64,000 nt of DNA, taken from positions 90,157-154,156 of the IMG/VR virus record IMGVR_UViG_3300044816_000098; one strand, written 5' to 3'. Under the pieces are notes generated by a model. That model was not told where the DNA came from, made no database searches, and saw only the letters and a list, made by a program, of their open reading frames with translations. How positions within the stretch are numbered: the first letter of the stretch is position 1; each line of letters starts with the position of its first letter. The position numbers were made by a program, and so were the translations under genes. Shown piece by piece: positions 28,593 to 38,059 of this stretch. Origin of the DNA: a virus.

Positions 28593-29261
28593 ATGTCCAC
28601 AACCAGTCAGCACGTGGGATACAAGATCCCGGACGGGTCCGACCCCTTCCTTCGGACCGACTTCGTCTCCAATCTGAACCTCTCCGACAGCTTCCCCGGG
28701 GACTGGATCTGCACGTCGACCACCCGGCCCACCTGGGGCGCCTCCCAGGCCGGGATGAAGATCACCGAGTCGGACACCCGCCGCACCATGCTGTGGAACG
28801 GCACCACCTGGCGAGAGATGCTCACCGGTCCCGCGATGTGGTGGGGCTCCCTGCGGCCCGGCGTGATGATCGGCCGGGGAACGACCGTCTCCTACGTGGT
28901 CGGCACCTTCACCGTGAACCGGCCGGGCACCCTGTTCGTGATGTCCACGACCGAACTGGGTCTGCCGGGCAACGGCTTCTCCCAGGGCAACGTGGTCTCC
29001 ATGGTGGACGGCAGCCTGGCGAACTGGGACGGCGCCGCCTTCGGTGAGTTCTTCGCCCAGGACAACCGCACCGCGCCCTCCACCGCCGGGCAGAACGCCT
29101 TCTCGGACACGTTCGCGTCGATCGGTGTCCGCACCGTGAGCGCGGGAACCCACTCCGTCGGCATCCGGGTCAGCATTCTGACCCAGCCCTCGATCAACAA
29201 CCTGGTGCGTGTCACGTCCATCCGCTCGATGGCCATGTTCGTCAACGGCACCGACCGCTAA
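28593..29261 (+). CDS. hypothetical virion protein
   Basis: 222 aa; WNGTTW fiber-type motif. Confidence 0.65.
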   Translation: MSTTSQHVGYKIPDGSDPFLRTDFVSNLNLSDSFPGDWICTSTTRPTWGASQAGMKITESDTRRTMLWNGTTWREMLTGPAMWWGSLRPGVMIGRGTTVSYVVGTFTVNRPGTLFVMSTTELGLPGNGFSQGNVVSMVDGSLANWDGAAFGEFFAQDNRTAPSTAGQNAFSDTFASIGVRTVSAGTHSVGIRVSILTQPSINNLVRVTSIRSMAMFVNGTDR

Positions 29262-29270
29262 GGGGCATCC

Positions 29271-30134
29271 ATGCTGTGGGAGGACCGTCAGTACGTCTCG
29301 CAGTGGTCTGCGGAGATCATCGGCCTGCACCTGATCCAGAACGGCGTGCCGATCGACGCCGGGGGCGCGGTGTCGGTCTCCATGATCTCGGAGAACACCG
29401 GCGCCTCGATCTTCTCCCGGGCAGCAACCCATAACGCTGTTGGCGACTACTCGGTCACTCTGAGCAGCGTGGAGTCCGGCACTCCGGGTCAGTACACCGT
29501 GACCTGGAACTACCAGATCGCCTCGGTCGCCCAGTACTTCGAGACCGGCATCGAGATCGGTCCGGCCACCCCGGCCTACGACGGTCTGTCCCCGGACATG
29601 AAGAACATCGTGGAACAGGTGTGGATCCGCCTCGCCGACACGATCGACTCTCCCGGTGGCGGCCCGAACCTGACGACCTACATCCAGAGCAAGTTCGGCC
29701 GGGGCCGCATCGCCCAGTTGCTCAAGATCGGCGTTGGACGGCTCAACACGGTGGCCCAACCCCACGGCACCTTCACTCTGGACGGGGTGGGAGGGGCAAC
29801 CTTCCCCATCGCCCAGTGGGGGTCCCTGCTGGAGTCGGTGACGTGGATCGAGACGCTCAAGCACCTGATCCGTTCGTACACCGAGCAGCCGGACTTCGTG
29901 GGCGGCGGCAACATCTCCCGGCTCGACCGGACGAAGTACTCCAAGGCATGGCGAGACGTCATGGTCGACGAAGAGGCCATCGTCCGGGGCCAGCTCGATG
30001 TCTTCAAGATCGCCCAGATGGGTCTGGGCCGCCCTGCGGTCCTGATCTCCGGCGGCGTCTACGGACGGTACGGACCTACCCGCATGGCGGGCTCCGTCGC
30101 CGCCCGGCCGCGTTACTACACGCGGATGTACTGA
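29271..30134 (+). CDS. putative head-to-tail adaptor
   Basis: Synteny; beta-rich N-terminus and helical C-terminus. Confidence 0.55.
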   Translation: MLWEDRQYVSQWSAEIIGLHLIQNGVPIDAGGAVSVSMISENTGASIFSRAATHNAVGDYSVTLSSVESGTPGQYTVTWNYQIASVAQYFETGIEIGPATPAYDGLSPDMKNIVEQVWIRLADTIDSPGGGPNLTTYIQSKFGRGRIAQLLKIGVGRLNTVAQPHGTFTLDGVGGATFPIAQWGSLLESVTWIETLKHLIRSYTEQPDFVGGGNISRLDRTKYSKAWRDVMVDEEAIVRGQLDVFKIAQMGLGRPAVLISGGVYGRYGPTRMAGSVAARPRYYTRMY

Positions 30135-30412
30135 TGAAGGCCCTTCACTCCCCAGAGGTGATGGCGAAGTTCAACCTCGCCATGACCGTGCTCTGGTCCC
30201 TGCTCCTGATCCCTACCGTGATCTGGTGGAAGGACTCCCTGCTCTGGGTCCTGATCATGAGCGCCTACGCGAACATCGTCGGGCACTGGTCCGCGTACCA
30301 GGGTTCACGCGCAGGAGTGGAAGCGGAGCGAAACGGAGACACCGATTCAAAGGACGCTGTTAGGGTCAGTCCGCCGAGAGGGGCCAACCCGCCCCCGTCG
30401 TTGCAACCCTGA
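30134..30412 (+). CDS. small membrane protein
   Basis: TGATG overlap; two hydrophobic segments. Confidence 0.6.
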   Translation: MKALHSPEVMAKFNLAMTVLWSLLLIPTVIWWKDSLLWVLIMSAYANIVGHWSAYQGSRAGVEAERNGDTDSKDAVRVSPPRGANPPPSLQP

Positions 30413-30421
30413 TCGGCCGTT

Positions 30422-30454
30422 CGAAGGCCCTCGCTTCCCTGCCGAGGGCCTTCG
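30422..30454 (+). terminator. terminator-like hairpin
   Basis: CGAAGGCCCTCG...CGAGGGCCTTCG. Confidence 0.65.
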
Positions 30455-30467
30455 GCATGTCCGGACC

Positions 30468-30500
30468 TGTCCACCACCCTCGCAGCGCGCTGAAGGAGTG
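30468..30500 (+). promoter_or_regulatory. putative late promoter TGTC-N20-GAAGGAGTG
   Basis: Motif copy. Confidence 0.65.
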
Positions 30501-30516
30501 AGGACAGGAGGTCTTC

Positions 30517-31365
30517 GTGGGATACACCGTGGTCATCAAAGATGGGCTGAAGGACATCGCCCTCCCCAGTGGGGCACTAGTGCAGGGTGGCCAGACGGCC
30601 ATTCTCACGGATGATCAGTACCTGATGCTCAGTTCCACCGCTTCGGCGGCACTCTTCTTCTCCGTGGTTCACACCGGCGGAGGGGGCGGAGGAGCCGTCT
30701 CCTCGGTCAACACGCTCACCGGTGACGTAGTCCTCACGGCGGCCCTGGTAGGGGCGTACAGCAGCTCTCAGGGCAGCACGCTGGCCGACCGGACCAGCAA
30801 CGTGGAAACGGTCGCCACCGGCCTCAACACCCTGGTGACGGACGCCGAGGTCCGGGTGGGAGGGGCGGAGACGCGCCTGACCGCACTGGAGCACATCCGG
30901 CCCATCACGGCCTTCACCCGGCTCAAGTCCGAGATCGTGGCTCTGCCGAACACCGGTGGGTGGGCAGTCGTCGCCACCTCCGGCGCCGTACCACTGTCCT
31001 GCCAGGTCACCGCCGCCATCGGAGACCGCATCCTCGCGGATGCGACCTTCATGCGGACCGGTACCGGGGACTACTTGGACCTGGCGATCCTGACCAGCGC
31101 GGGGGCGATCTCCGAGTACGCGGGATCCGGTACCGGCACTCCGCTGGACGAGGGCTCCCCGGCCTACTATCCGAGCGCCGGGGGCTTCCCGGGCGCCACG
31201 GGGACGACCATGTTCACGGTCCAGTCCGGACAGGTGAACGGATCGGGCAAGGTCGAGATCGCGCTGGTCTACAAGGGTTCGGGCAGCGGTTCGGAGTCGG
31301 TGTACGCGAGTGCGACGTACCCCTTCTTCCTGATGCTGACGAACATCGGCCCCCAGCCTGCGTAG
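30517..31365 (+). CDS. fiber-like virion protein
   Basis: VSSVN.LTGDVVL fiber repeat plus coiled coil; GGAGG RBS. Confidence 0.65.
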   Translation: MGYTVVIKDGLKDIALPSGALVQGGQTAILTDDQYLMLSSTASAALFFSVVHTGGGGGGAVSSVNTLTGDVVLTAALVGAYSSSQGSTLADRTSNVETVATGLNTLVTDAEVRVGGAETRLTALEHIRPITAFTRLKSEIVALPNTGGWAVVATSGAVPLSCQVTAAIGDRILADATFMRTGTGDYLDLAILTSAGAISEYAGSGTGTPLDEGSPAYYPSAGGFPGATGTTMFTVQSGQVNGSGKVEIALVYKGSGSGSESVYASATYPFFLMLTNIGPQPA

Positions 31366-31415
31366 TTCTGCAACTACGAGGATCATCGTACGAAATGACA
31401 CCGACGGGAGATGAC

Positions 31416-32120
31416 ATGCCGTACTCCACAGCACAGCCGTCCAGTGGGTACATCCCCTCCCGTCGGCAGCCCTACTACGTCCGGCAGCCGCAGCGCTGGG
31501 CGGTGGACCAGGAGCGCCAGCGCCACTCGCAGGCGCTCTACACGCTCGGTGAGTGGACGATGTTCTGCCTGATGTGGCACATCCAGGACTTCGAGAACGG
31601 GCTCGTGGGCAAATGCCCGGCCTGCGCGACGAGCCGAATCGCCACCGCCTACAAGCAACCCGAGCGCAACAAGTGCCTGACCTGCTTTGGAACCACCTTC
31701 AACGGGGGTTTCAAGGCGCTGATCATCCGTCCGGCCATCTTCAGCGACACCGACGAGGGCCAGCAGTACCAGGCGCGCGGTGTGGTCGAGTCGGACGACC
31801 TGGACATGGAGTCGACCCCGGACTTCCGCGTGCGCTCCGGCGACTACTGCTTCCGCTCCACCGGGGACCGGTTCTTCCTGCGGGTCCCGCAGCGAGTGAC
31901 CCTCCGCACCGGCTTCGCGACCCCGTACCAGCGAGCCATGGCCGTGGGCTACAACCACGCGCACGCCTCGCTGGAGGACCACAGCACGGTCTCGTACCTG
32001 ATCCCGCCCAAGGCGGACGACCTGATCGAGATCCTCAACGTCACCTCCAACGAGCCGATCGACTGGAGCGCGTACGAGATCATCCGGGCCCCGCTCATCC
32101 CTGTCGACGACCTGGCATAG
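31416..32120 (+). CDS. putative neck/head-closure protein
   Basis: CPAC...CLTCFGTTFNGGF motif; synteny. Confidence 0.6.
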   Translation: MPYSTAQPSSGYIPSRRQPYYVRQPQRWAVDQERQRHSQALYTLGEWTMFCLMWHIQDFENGLVGKCPACATSRIATAYKQPERNKCLTCFGTTFNGGFKALIIRPAIFSDTDEGQQYQARGVVESDDLDMESTPDFRVRSGDYCFRSTGDRFFLRVPQRVTLRTGFATPYQRAMAVGYNHAHASLEDHSTVSYLIPPKADDLIEILNVTSNEPIDWSAYEIIRAPLIPVDDLA

Positions 32121-32134
32121 AGGAATTTAAAATC

Positions 32135-32797
32135 ATGAGTCTGTTGTGGGTGAGGGCCGGGCTCTCGAAGTGGTACCAGGCCAGGCAGGGCGCGGACATG
32201 CCCGCGATGACTCGTCACCGGGACCAGATCGCCCAGGCCCACGGGGTCCCGGGCTTCAAGGCGGCCATCGCCCTGCGGCCGGTCTACAACGCCCTGAGCA
32301 AGTCTCCCGTCGGCCATATGAGCCCGACGGACGCGGGGTTCGCCTCCGGCCCCAAGTTGGACGCTGACCGCAACCTGGAGATGCCGTGGAGCGATGACCA
32401 CCCGCTGAACGAGAACAAGAACTGGGACCACATCCCGGCGGAGAAGGTCAACATCTCCCGGGGGATCCACGCCACTCAGGAGGGCGTGAACGCCAGCACG
32501 GTGGCCCACAACCTCTTCCACCCGGGGAAGCTGCCGCCCATCTCCTGGCCCGGCCACGAGCAGACCTCGGAGATCGGCCACCCCGACGTGGACCCGGACA
32601 GCCACGACCGGGCCCTCCGGGAGGAGCACTACGGCGCGGACGAGTCCAGCAAGGTCCCCCGGTTCTACCGGGACAAGACCGGCAAGACCTACGTGGCCGA
32701 CGGACACCACCAGGTCTCGGCCGCCCTACTGCTGAAGAAGCCCCACATCGAGGGTCGCGTCTGGGACGAGAACAACCCTCCTGAAGGAGTCCGATGA
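32135..32797 (+). CDS. ParB/Srx-like domain protein with MSLLW leader
   Basis: ATQ...YVADGHHQ motif. Confidence 0.65.
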   Translation: MSLLWVRAGLSKWYQARQGADMPAMTRHRDQIAQAHGVPGFKAAIALRPVYNALSKSPVGHMSPTDAGFASGPKLDADRNLEMPWSDDHPLNENKNWDHIPAEKVNISRGIHATQEGVNASTVAHNLFHPGKLPPISWPGHEQTSEIGHPDVDPDSHDRALREEHYGADESSKVPRFYRDKTGKTYVADGHHQVSAALLLKKPHIEGRVWDENNPPEGVR

Positions 32798-33525
32798 GCC
32801 TGCTGTGGCGCACCGCGCTGATCCGTACCGCCACCTGGGCTCCGGCTGACTCCGAGGAGAACATCCACCCGAGGGCGCTGGAGGGGGACAAGTCCACGCA
32901 TGAGCTGAACGGCAAGCACATCAGCGAGTTGGCCCATTCGATCGACACCCACGGGTACAGCCGCGAACGACACGGCCAGCTCGGGGTGAACGTCACCGAC
33001 AACGGCGAGAACCTCTACACGCACTCGCGCGGGACCGAAGCCCACCCGGACCACCCGAATGACCACCACGAACACCTGTTGCGCGCGCTCAAGGAGGCCG
33101 GGCACGGTGAGGTGGCGGTGCACATCCACGACCAGCGCTCCGACGAGGGTGGCGACCCGGCCCCGAAGTACTTCCACGGCACCACGGTGGAGGACCTGGA
33201 GCATGTCCACCCGAACCACGGGACCTCGGGGAACTTCGGCAACAACGGCATGATCCACGAGCCGGGCTATGCCTATGCCACCAGTCGCAGCAGCGCGGAG
33301 CACTACGCCGACATGGCGGCCATGACCCACGGCGGCAAGCCGCACGTCTACGAGGTCGAGCCCCGGGGGCCGGTGGAGAAGGACCCGAAGTACACCGCCA
33401 ACGGCGTCAACCGGGGAAACATGGAGGACGACGTGCGCTCGAAGCACGGCTTCTCCGTGCTCGGCGAAGAGGACCTCGGTCACGACGACGATGACGAGGA
33501 TGAAGACGAGCACGGGAGCTGGTGA
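32794..33525 (+). CDS. Arr-like ADP-ribosyltransferase with MSLLW leader
   Basis: YFHGT...YAYAT...VYEVEPRGPVEKDP...RSKHGFSVLGE follows the Arr-family motif order. Confidence 0.7.
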   Translation: MSLLWRTALIRTATWAPADSEENIHPRALEGDKSTHELNGKHISELAHSIDTHGYSRERHGQLGVNVTDNGENLYTHSRGTEAHPDHPNDHHEHLLRALKEAGHGEVAVHIHDQRSDEGGDPAPKYFHGTTVEDLEHVHPNHGTSGNFGNNGMIHEPGYAYATSRSSAEHYADMAAMTHGGKPHVYEVEPRGPVEKDPKYTANGVNRGNMEDDVRSKHGFSVLGEEDLGHDDDDEDEDEHGSW

Positions 33526-33528
33526 GAC

Positions 33529-34239
33529 ATGCTCCTCGAAACGGCCGAGATCAGGCTCTGTGAGACCCCTGACCGCATCATCATGGTGGTCCCGGGGCTC
33601 TCCGGCTCCAGGGCCCGCAGCATCGCTCAGGCGGCCGTACGTGAGTGCCGCCGCAAGATGCCGAAGATGTCCGGCGCCAGCGCGGCCCGGCTCCAGCCGA
33701 TCTACGGCAAGGGCTACTTCGGAATTTGGTGGGCCGACAGCTACGTCTGGTTCCAGGACCACGGCATCCGGCCCTTCACCATGCGGAGCCTGGCGGGGAA
33801 GACCATCCCTATGTGGATCGACGACCCCACCGGCAAGGAGCGGTCGAAGAACCCCAAGGCGAAGGTCCGCACCACCATGAGCGGCAAGGTCCAGGTGCTG
33901 ATCTTCCGCAAGGCCGCCAACCTCGGCCAGCGAATCACCAAGTACGGCAAGGACCGCCAGGGCAACCGCGTCATCGTCTCCGACCGGCCCGCGAGCTATC
34001 CCGGAGCCCCCGGCCGGATCAGCGTGCGGGAGTCCGCCTCCCCGAACACCCGCCTCGGCAAGAAGGGCGGGCAGATTGCGCCAGGCAATGGCGGGGTGCG
34101 GTGGCGCCACCCCGGAACCGCCCCGCGATTGTTCCTCAATAACGCGATGACGCTCGCGGCCCAGTGGAACGGCATCCTGCCGGTCCGTGTCTATCTCGCC
34201 GACGGCCGGTGGAAGAGCAACCTGAAGGGCCCTAGCTGA
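33529..34239 (+). CDS. putative tail completion/neck protein
   Basis: Basic protein; WRHPG...P..FL motif; synteny. Confidence 0.55.
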   Translation: MLLETAEIRLCETPDRIIMVVPGLSGSRARSIAQAAVRECRRKMPKMSGASAARLQPIYGKGYFGIWWADSYVWFQDHGIRPFTMRSLAGKTIPMWIDDPTGKERSKNPKAKVRTTMSGKVQVLIFRKAANLGQRITKYGKDRQGNRVIVSDRPASYPGAPGRISVRESASPNTRLGKKGGQIAPGNGGVRWRHPGTAPRLFLNNAMTLAAQWNGILPVRVYLADGRWKSNLKGPS

Positions 34240-34883
34240 TGTACATCGCGCCCCTGAAGACCGTCCTGGTCGAGGCCCTGAAGGCCACCTTCGACATGAG
34301 CTACCCCGAGCCGGACTTCCGCAACGTCCACATCGACATCGAATACCCGATCGACCCGCAGGAGTACCCGTCGGTCTGGGTCGACTACGACGACACCCAG
34401 GACCTGGTCCGTGCGGGCATCTGCCACCTGGAGTACGTCGATCCGGTCACCGACACCGCGCGGGCGGCCTTCACCCGCTGGCGCTTCACCGGGTACATCT
34501 CGATCACCGTGGTGGCCATGACGTCCCTGGAACGGGACCGCCTCTTCGACGAGATCGTCCGGGTCGTGGCCTTCGGCAACGAGGACGTGGTGATCGGCCG
34601 CTTCAAGAGGTACATCGAGGCGAACGACCTGATCGCCGCGAACATGAACACGGACAAGGTCCAGCCCCGGGGAGCCGCCGCCGCCCCCGGGACCCCGTGG
34701 TCCACCGACGAGCTGATGTACGAGCGGACCCTGAACCTGGAGATCATCGGGGAGTTCATCCCCAACGCCACCACCGGGACCCTGATCCCGCTCTCCAAGA
34801 TCCTCCTCATTCCGATCGAGGACGTCACCGGAGACCTCGGCGACCCGCCCTTGCGCAATCAGGAATTGGGCACCTGGCACTGA
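34239..34883 (+). CDS. putative tail terminator
   Basis: Position directly before the sheath gene. Confidence 0.55.
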   Translation: MYIAPLKTVLVEALKATFDMSYPEPDFRNVHIDIEYPIDPQEYPSVWVDYDDTQDLVRAGICHLEYVDPVTDTARAAFTRWRFTGYISITVVAMTSLERDRLFDEIVRVVAFGNEDVVIGRFKRYIEANDLIAANMNTDKVQPRGAAAAPGTPWSTDELMYERTLNLEIIGEFIPNATTGTLIPLSKILLIPIEDVTGDLGDPPLRNQELGTWH

Positions 34884-34890
34884 GTTCTCC

Positions 34891-34923
34891 TGTCCATCCC
34901 CTCGGTTCACCCCGGAAGAGGTG
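34891..34923 (+). promoter_or_regulatory. putative late promoter TGTC-N20-GAAGAGGTG
   Basis: Motif copy. Confidence 0.7.
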
Positions 34924-34958
34924 ACAGAGACATCCGGGCGCCCGAGGGGTGGAGAACC

Positions 34959-36527
34959 TTGCCTGACTTCACGAGCTACGTACCACCGGGCGTCTACGTC
35001 TCGGATACATCCCAGCCGGTGGTCACGCCGACCAACATCACCACGAACATCGTCACGGTCGTGGGGCCCGCACAGGGCTACCAGACGGCCTCTGACGTGG
35101 TCCAGGTGTACTGGAACTCGAACACCGCGCTGACTCACCGAGGCATCTTCACCACGGCCGTCACGGGCCCTCCGGCCATCGGCGCCCCCGTGGTGAAGAA
35201 CGCGGCCGGGGTCGTCCTGGTCTACTCGGTCGACTACACCTGGGTGATCGACACCTCTGGCGGCGGCGGTGCGGCGAACGCCGTGACCTACATCCACCGG
35301 CTCGGCACGGTCAGCGTCCCCTCGGACCCCTCCCCGGGTGGTCTGATCGACGGCTCCTACGTGACGGTCACGTACAACTACGCGGACCCGAGCTACTACC
35401 AGCCGCGACTCTTCAACGACCCGAGCCAGATCTCCCAGAGCTACGGCGCGGCGGTCACCAGCACGGTGCCCGTCAATCCGAACGCCTCCCAGGTGATCTG
35501 CCCGCTCACCCTCGCCGCCCAGATGGCCATGGCCAACGGGGCGTCCAGCGTGCTGTGCCTGGCGACCAACCCTGCGGACGGCACCCAGAAGTCCCAGTTC
35601 CTGGCCGCGTACGCCAAGATCGCGGCGAACTACCAGGCCATGCTGATCGTCCCGCTCTTCGTGGACGGCATGGCCCAGGGCGACACCACCGCCGCCGACG
35701 CGCACACTCCGACGGCGGTCCTCGCGCTGATCCAGGACATCCAGGCCCACTGCAACACCTCGGCCGCCGACGGCTACGGCCGGATGGCGTTCGTGGGAGT
35801 CGCGACCAACTACGACTCGGCGACCAAGCCGTACGACGTCCTGGCCGGAAACATCAGCTCCAAGCGCATCGTGCTGGCGTACCCCTCACAGCTCAACTTC
35901 TACAACGCGCAGCTCAGTCAGACCACGGTCGTCTCCGGCTACTACCTGGCCGCCGCGATGGCGGGCGCCCTGGCCGGGGAGAACGCGAACCAGGGTCTTA
36001 CCAAGAAGAGCCTGATCGGGTTCAACGGCTTCCCCGCCACCGTCGCCCAGCAGCAGACGATGACCTTCAAGAACTCGCTGAGCAAGGCCGGGGTCTGTGT
36101 CGCGGAGATCTCCCGCAACGGCACCCTGGAGGTCCGCCACGGCGTGACCACGCTCATGACCGCGCTCACCAGCCGCGAGATCAACATCGTGCGCTCCGGC
36201 GACGTGCTCTTCGAGCTGGTCCAGACCGGCATGGACGCGGCTGCCCTGATCGGCCAGCCCATCGACGCGGACACCACGACCAAGGTCAAGGGCGCTCTGT
36301 CCGGGATCCTGGAACAGGCCGTCAACAACCGGGTCATCCAGGCGTACGGGAACCTCGCGGTCCGTCAGCAGGCCCTCCCCGGCGGCGACCCGTCGATCAT
36401 CGAGTGCCAGTTCGCCTACGCCCCGTCGATCCCGCTCAACTACATCACCGTGACCTTCGCGATCGACCTGACGTCGGGCGCGTTCTCCACGGACGCCACT
36501 TCCGGCACCGACTCCGCCGCCGCCTGA
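34959..36527 (+). CDS. tail sheath protein
   Basis: Y.PPGVYV N-terminus; PLNYITVTF C-terminus. Confidence 0.9.
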   Translation: MPDFTSYVPPGVYVSDTSQPVVTPTNITTNIVTVVGPAQGYQTASDVVQVYWNSNTALTHRGIFTTAVTGPPAIGAPVVKNAAGVVLVYSVDYTWVIDTSGGGGAANAVTYIHRLGTVSVPSDPSPGGLIDGSYVTVTYNYADPSYYQPRLFNDPSQISQSYGAAVTSTVPVNPNASQVICPLTLAAQMAMANGASSVLCLATNPADGTQKSQFLAAYAKIAANYQAMLIVPLFVDGMAQGDTTAADAHTPTAVLALIQDIQAHCNTSAADGYGRMAFVGVATNYDSATKPYDVLAGNISSKRIVLAYPSQLNFYNAQLSQTTVVSGYYLAAAMAGALAGENANQGLTKKSLIGFNGFPATVAQQQTMTFKNSLSKAGVCVAEISRNGTLEVRHGVTTLMTALTSREINIVRSGDVLFELVQTGMDAAALIGQPIDADTTTKVKGALSGILEQAVNNRVIQAYGNLAVRQQALPGGDPSIIECQFAYAPSIPLNYITVTFAIDLTSGAFSTDATSGTDSAAA

Positions 36528-36545
36528 TCCAGGGAGGATTTTTAA

Positions 36546-37049
36546 ATGCCTCAGACCAAGGTGAGGGTCGTTGGCTCTGGCTACACGACCTTCTTCTACC
36601 GGGGGAAGGCCATCGCCTTCTGCGAGGGGGTGGAGGACAGCGGTCAGCGCGCCTTCTCCGACCTCGGCCAGCCGTACCAGTTCATTCACCCCATCGGGGC
36701 CTCCCACCCGGTGGAGATCGCCACCTCGCGCGTTCTCCAGGGCGGCACGCTGATGCTGACCATCCGCGAACTGTGGAACACCTGGGTGTGGGAGCAGCTC
36801 GCGGGCCTGGCGGGCAGTCACAACATCGTCGACATCTTCAGGGTGCTCGCCGCCGACCCGAACTACGTCACCTGCCAGACGGTCATCAAGCCTCCCGGGA
36901 CCGAGAGCCGTCCCTCCCAGTGGCGAGGGAAGAACTACCAGAACTGCACCGTGGTGGACATCAACGACGGTGACACCATCACCGTCGGCTCCCTCGCGGT
37001 GACCAAGGGCATCACGATTGCCTACACCCACACCACCGCGTTGAACTGA
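36546..37049 (+). CDS. tail tube protein
   Basis: 167 aa directly after the sheath gene. Confidence 0.8.
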   Translation: MPQTKVRVVGSGYTTFFYRGKAIAFCEGVEDSGQRAFSDLGQPYQFIHPIGASHPVEIATSRVLQGGTLMLTIRELWNTWVWEQLAGLAGSHNIVDIFRVLAADPNYVTCQTVIKPPGTESRPSQWRGKNYQNCTVVDINDGDTITVGSLAVTKGITIAYTHTTALN

Positions 37050-37057
37050 GAGAACAG

Positions 37058-37594
37058 ATGAGCAGCGGCGCCACGTCCTACGACCCGACCGCTTTGGGTC
37101 CGCAGGAGGAGCAGGACACTCCCGGCACCCTCCGGGACGATGACGGCAACCTGCTGCCCTCCTTCGACCCCAAGTACGCGGACCCCTTCACCGGGCTGCT
37201 GTACCTGGGGGCACTGGCGGACGAGTTCTCCTGGCTCGGTCACGACTTTAAAATCCGCACCCTGCGGGATGGCGAGTTGCTGGCGATCTCCCAGATCATC
37301 AAGCCGTACCAGGACACGATGGGTCTCGACCGGGCCTACGCCAACGCGGTCGTCGGCATGTGCCTGATGTCCCTGGACGGCGAGGAACTGCCGATCCCCA
37401 TCGGGGAGACCAAGCGCATCAACGAGTGGGGCCACCTGCGCTTCGAGTACATCCGGGACAACTGGTACTCCTCCACGGTCGACCAGGTGTTCAACCGGTA
37501 CCTCCAGCTCGATGACCTGGTCAAAAAGGTGGTCGAGGCGATGGGAAAAGCATCAGCCCCCGAGGCGCAGATCCCTTCGTCGAACGGCATCTGA
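37058..37594 (+). CDS. tail assembly chaperone
   Basis: Between tube and tape measure; slippery site G GGA AAA at 37543-37549. Confidence 0.8.
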   Translation: MSSGATSYDPTALGPQEEQDTPGTLRDDDGNLLPSFDPKYADPFTGLLYLGALADEFSWLGHDFKIRTLRDGELLAISQIIKPYQDTMGLDRAYANAVVGMCLMSLDGEELPIPIGETKRINEWGHLRFEYIRDNWYSSTVDQVFNRYLQLDDLVKKVVEAMGKASAPEAQIPSSNGI

Positions 37595-38058
37595 GGAACG
37601 CTCGGGACCGGGGGCTCCTGCGGGGGGACAACCTTTCCCAGGTGGCGGTCCTCGCCGTGGAGTTCCTGCGCTTCCTGGACGGTCTCGGGACCCAGGCGGA
37701 CGACATCCGCAACGCGGAGCGGCACCGGGAGATCGTCGACTCGATCGTGCGGGGCTCGCTGGTCAGCACCGACCGGTACGACGAGAAGCGCGTCTTCAAG
37801 GAGTACTTCCCGCCCCAGGAGTCCACTCAGGGTGGCCTCAAGGGGTCGGACGCGGAGACGGACTTCGACTACGAGGACGTCACGTGGGAGGCCCCTTCCG
37901 AGGACGAGCTGGCCATCCTTCAGCGGATGCTCGAAGACCCCTCCGTGACTCTGTCCGGAGAGTCCTTCGGACCGCCGGAGGAGTTCGAGGTCTTCTCGGA
38001 GATCCCGGACGGCGCCCCGGTGATGGAGTCGATCGAGAACAACAGGGAGTGGGTGTGA
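37058..38058 (+). CDS. tail assembly chaperone, -1 frameshifted form
   Basis: -1 frame is open from the slippery site (GKSISPRGADPF...) to TGA 38058. Confidence 0.8.
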
Positions 38059-38059
38059 G

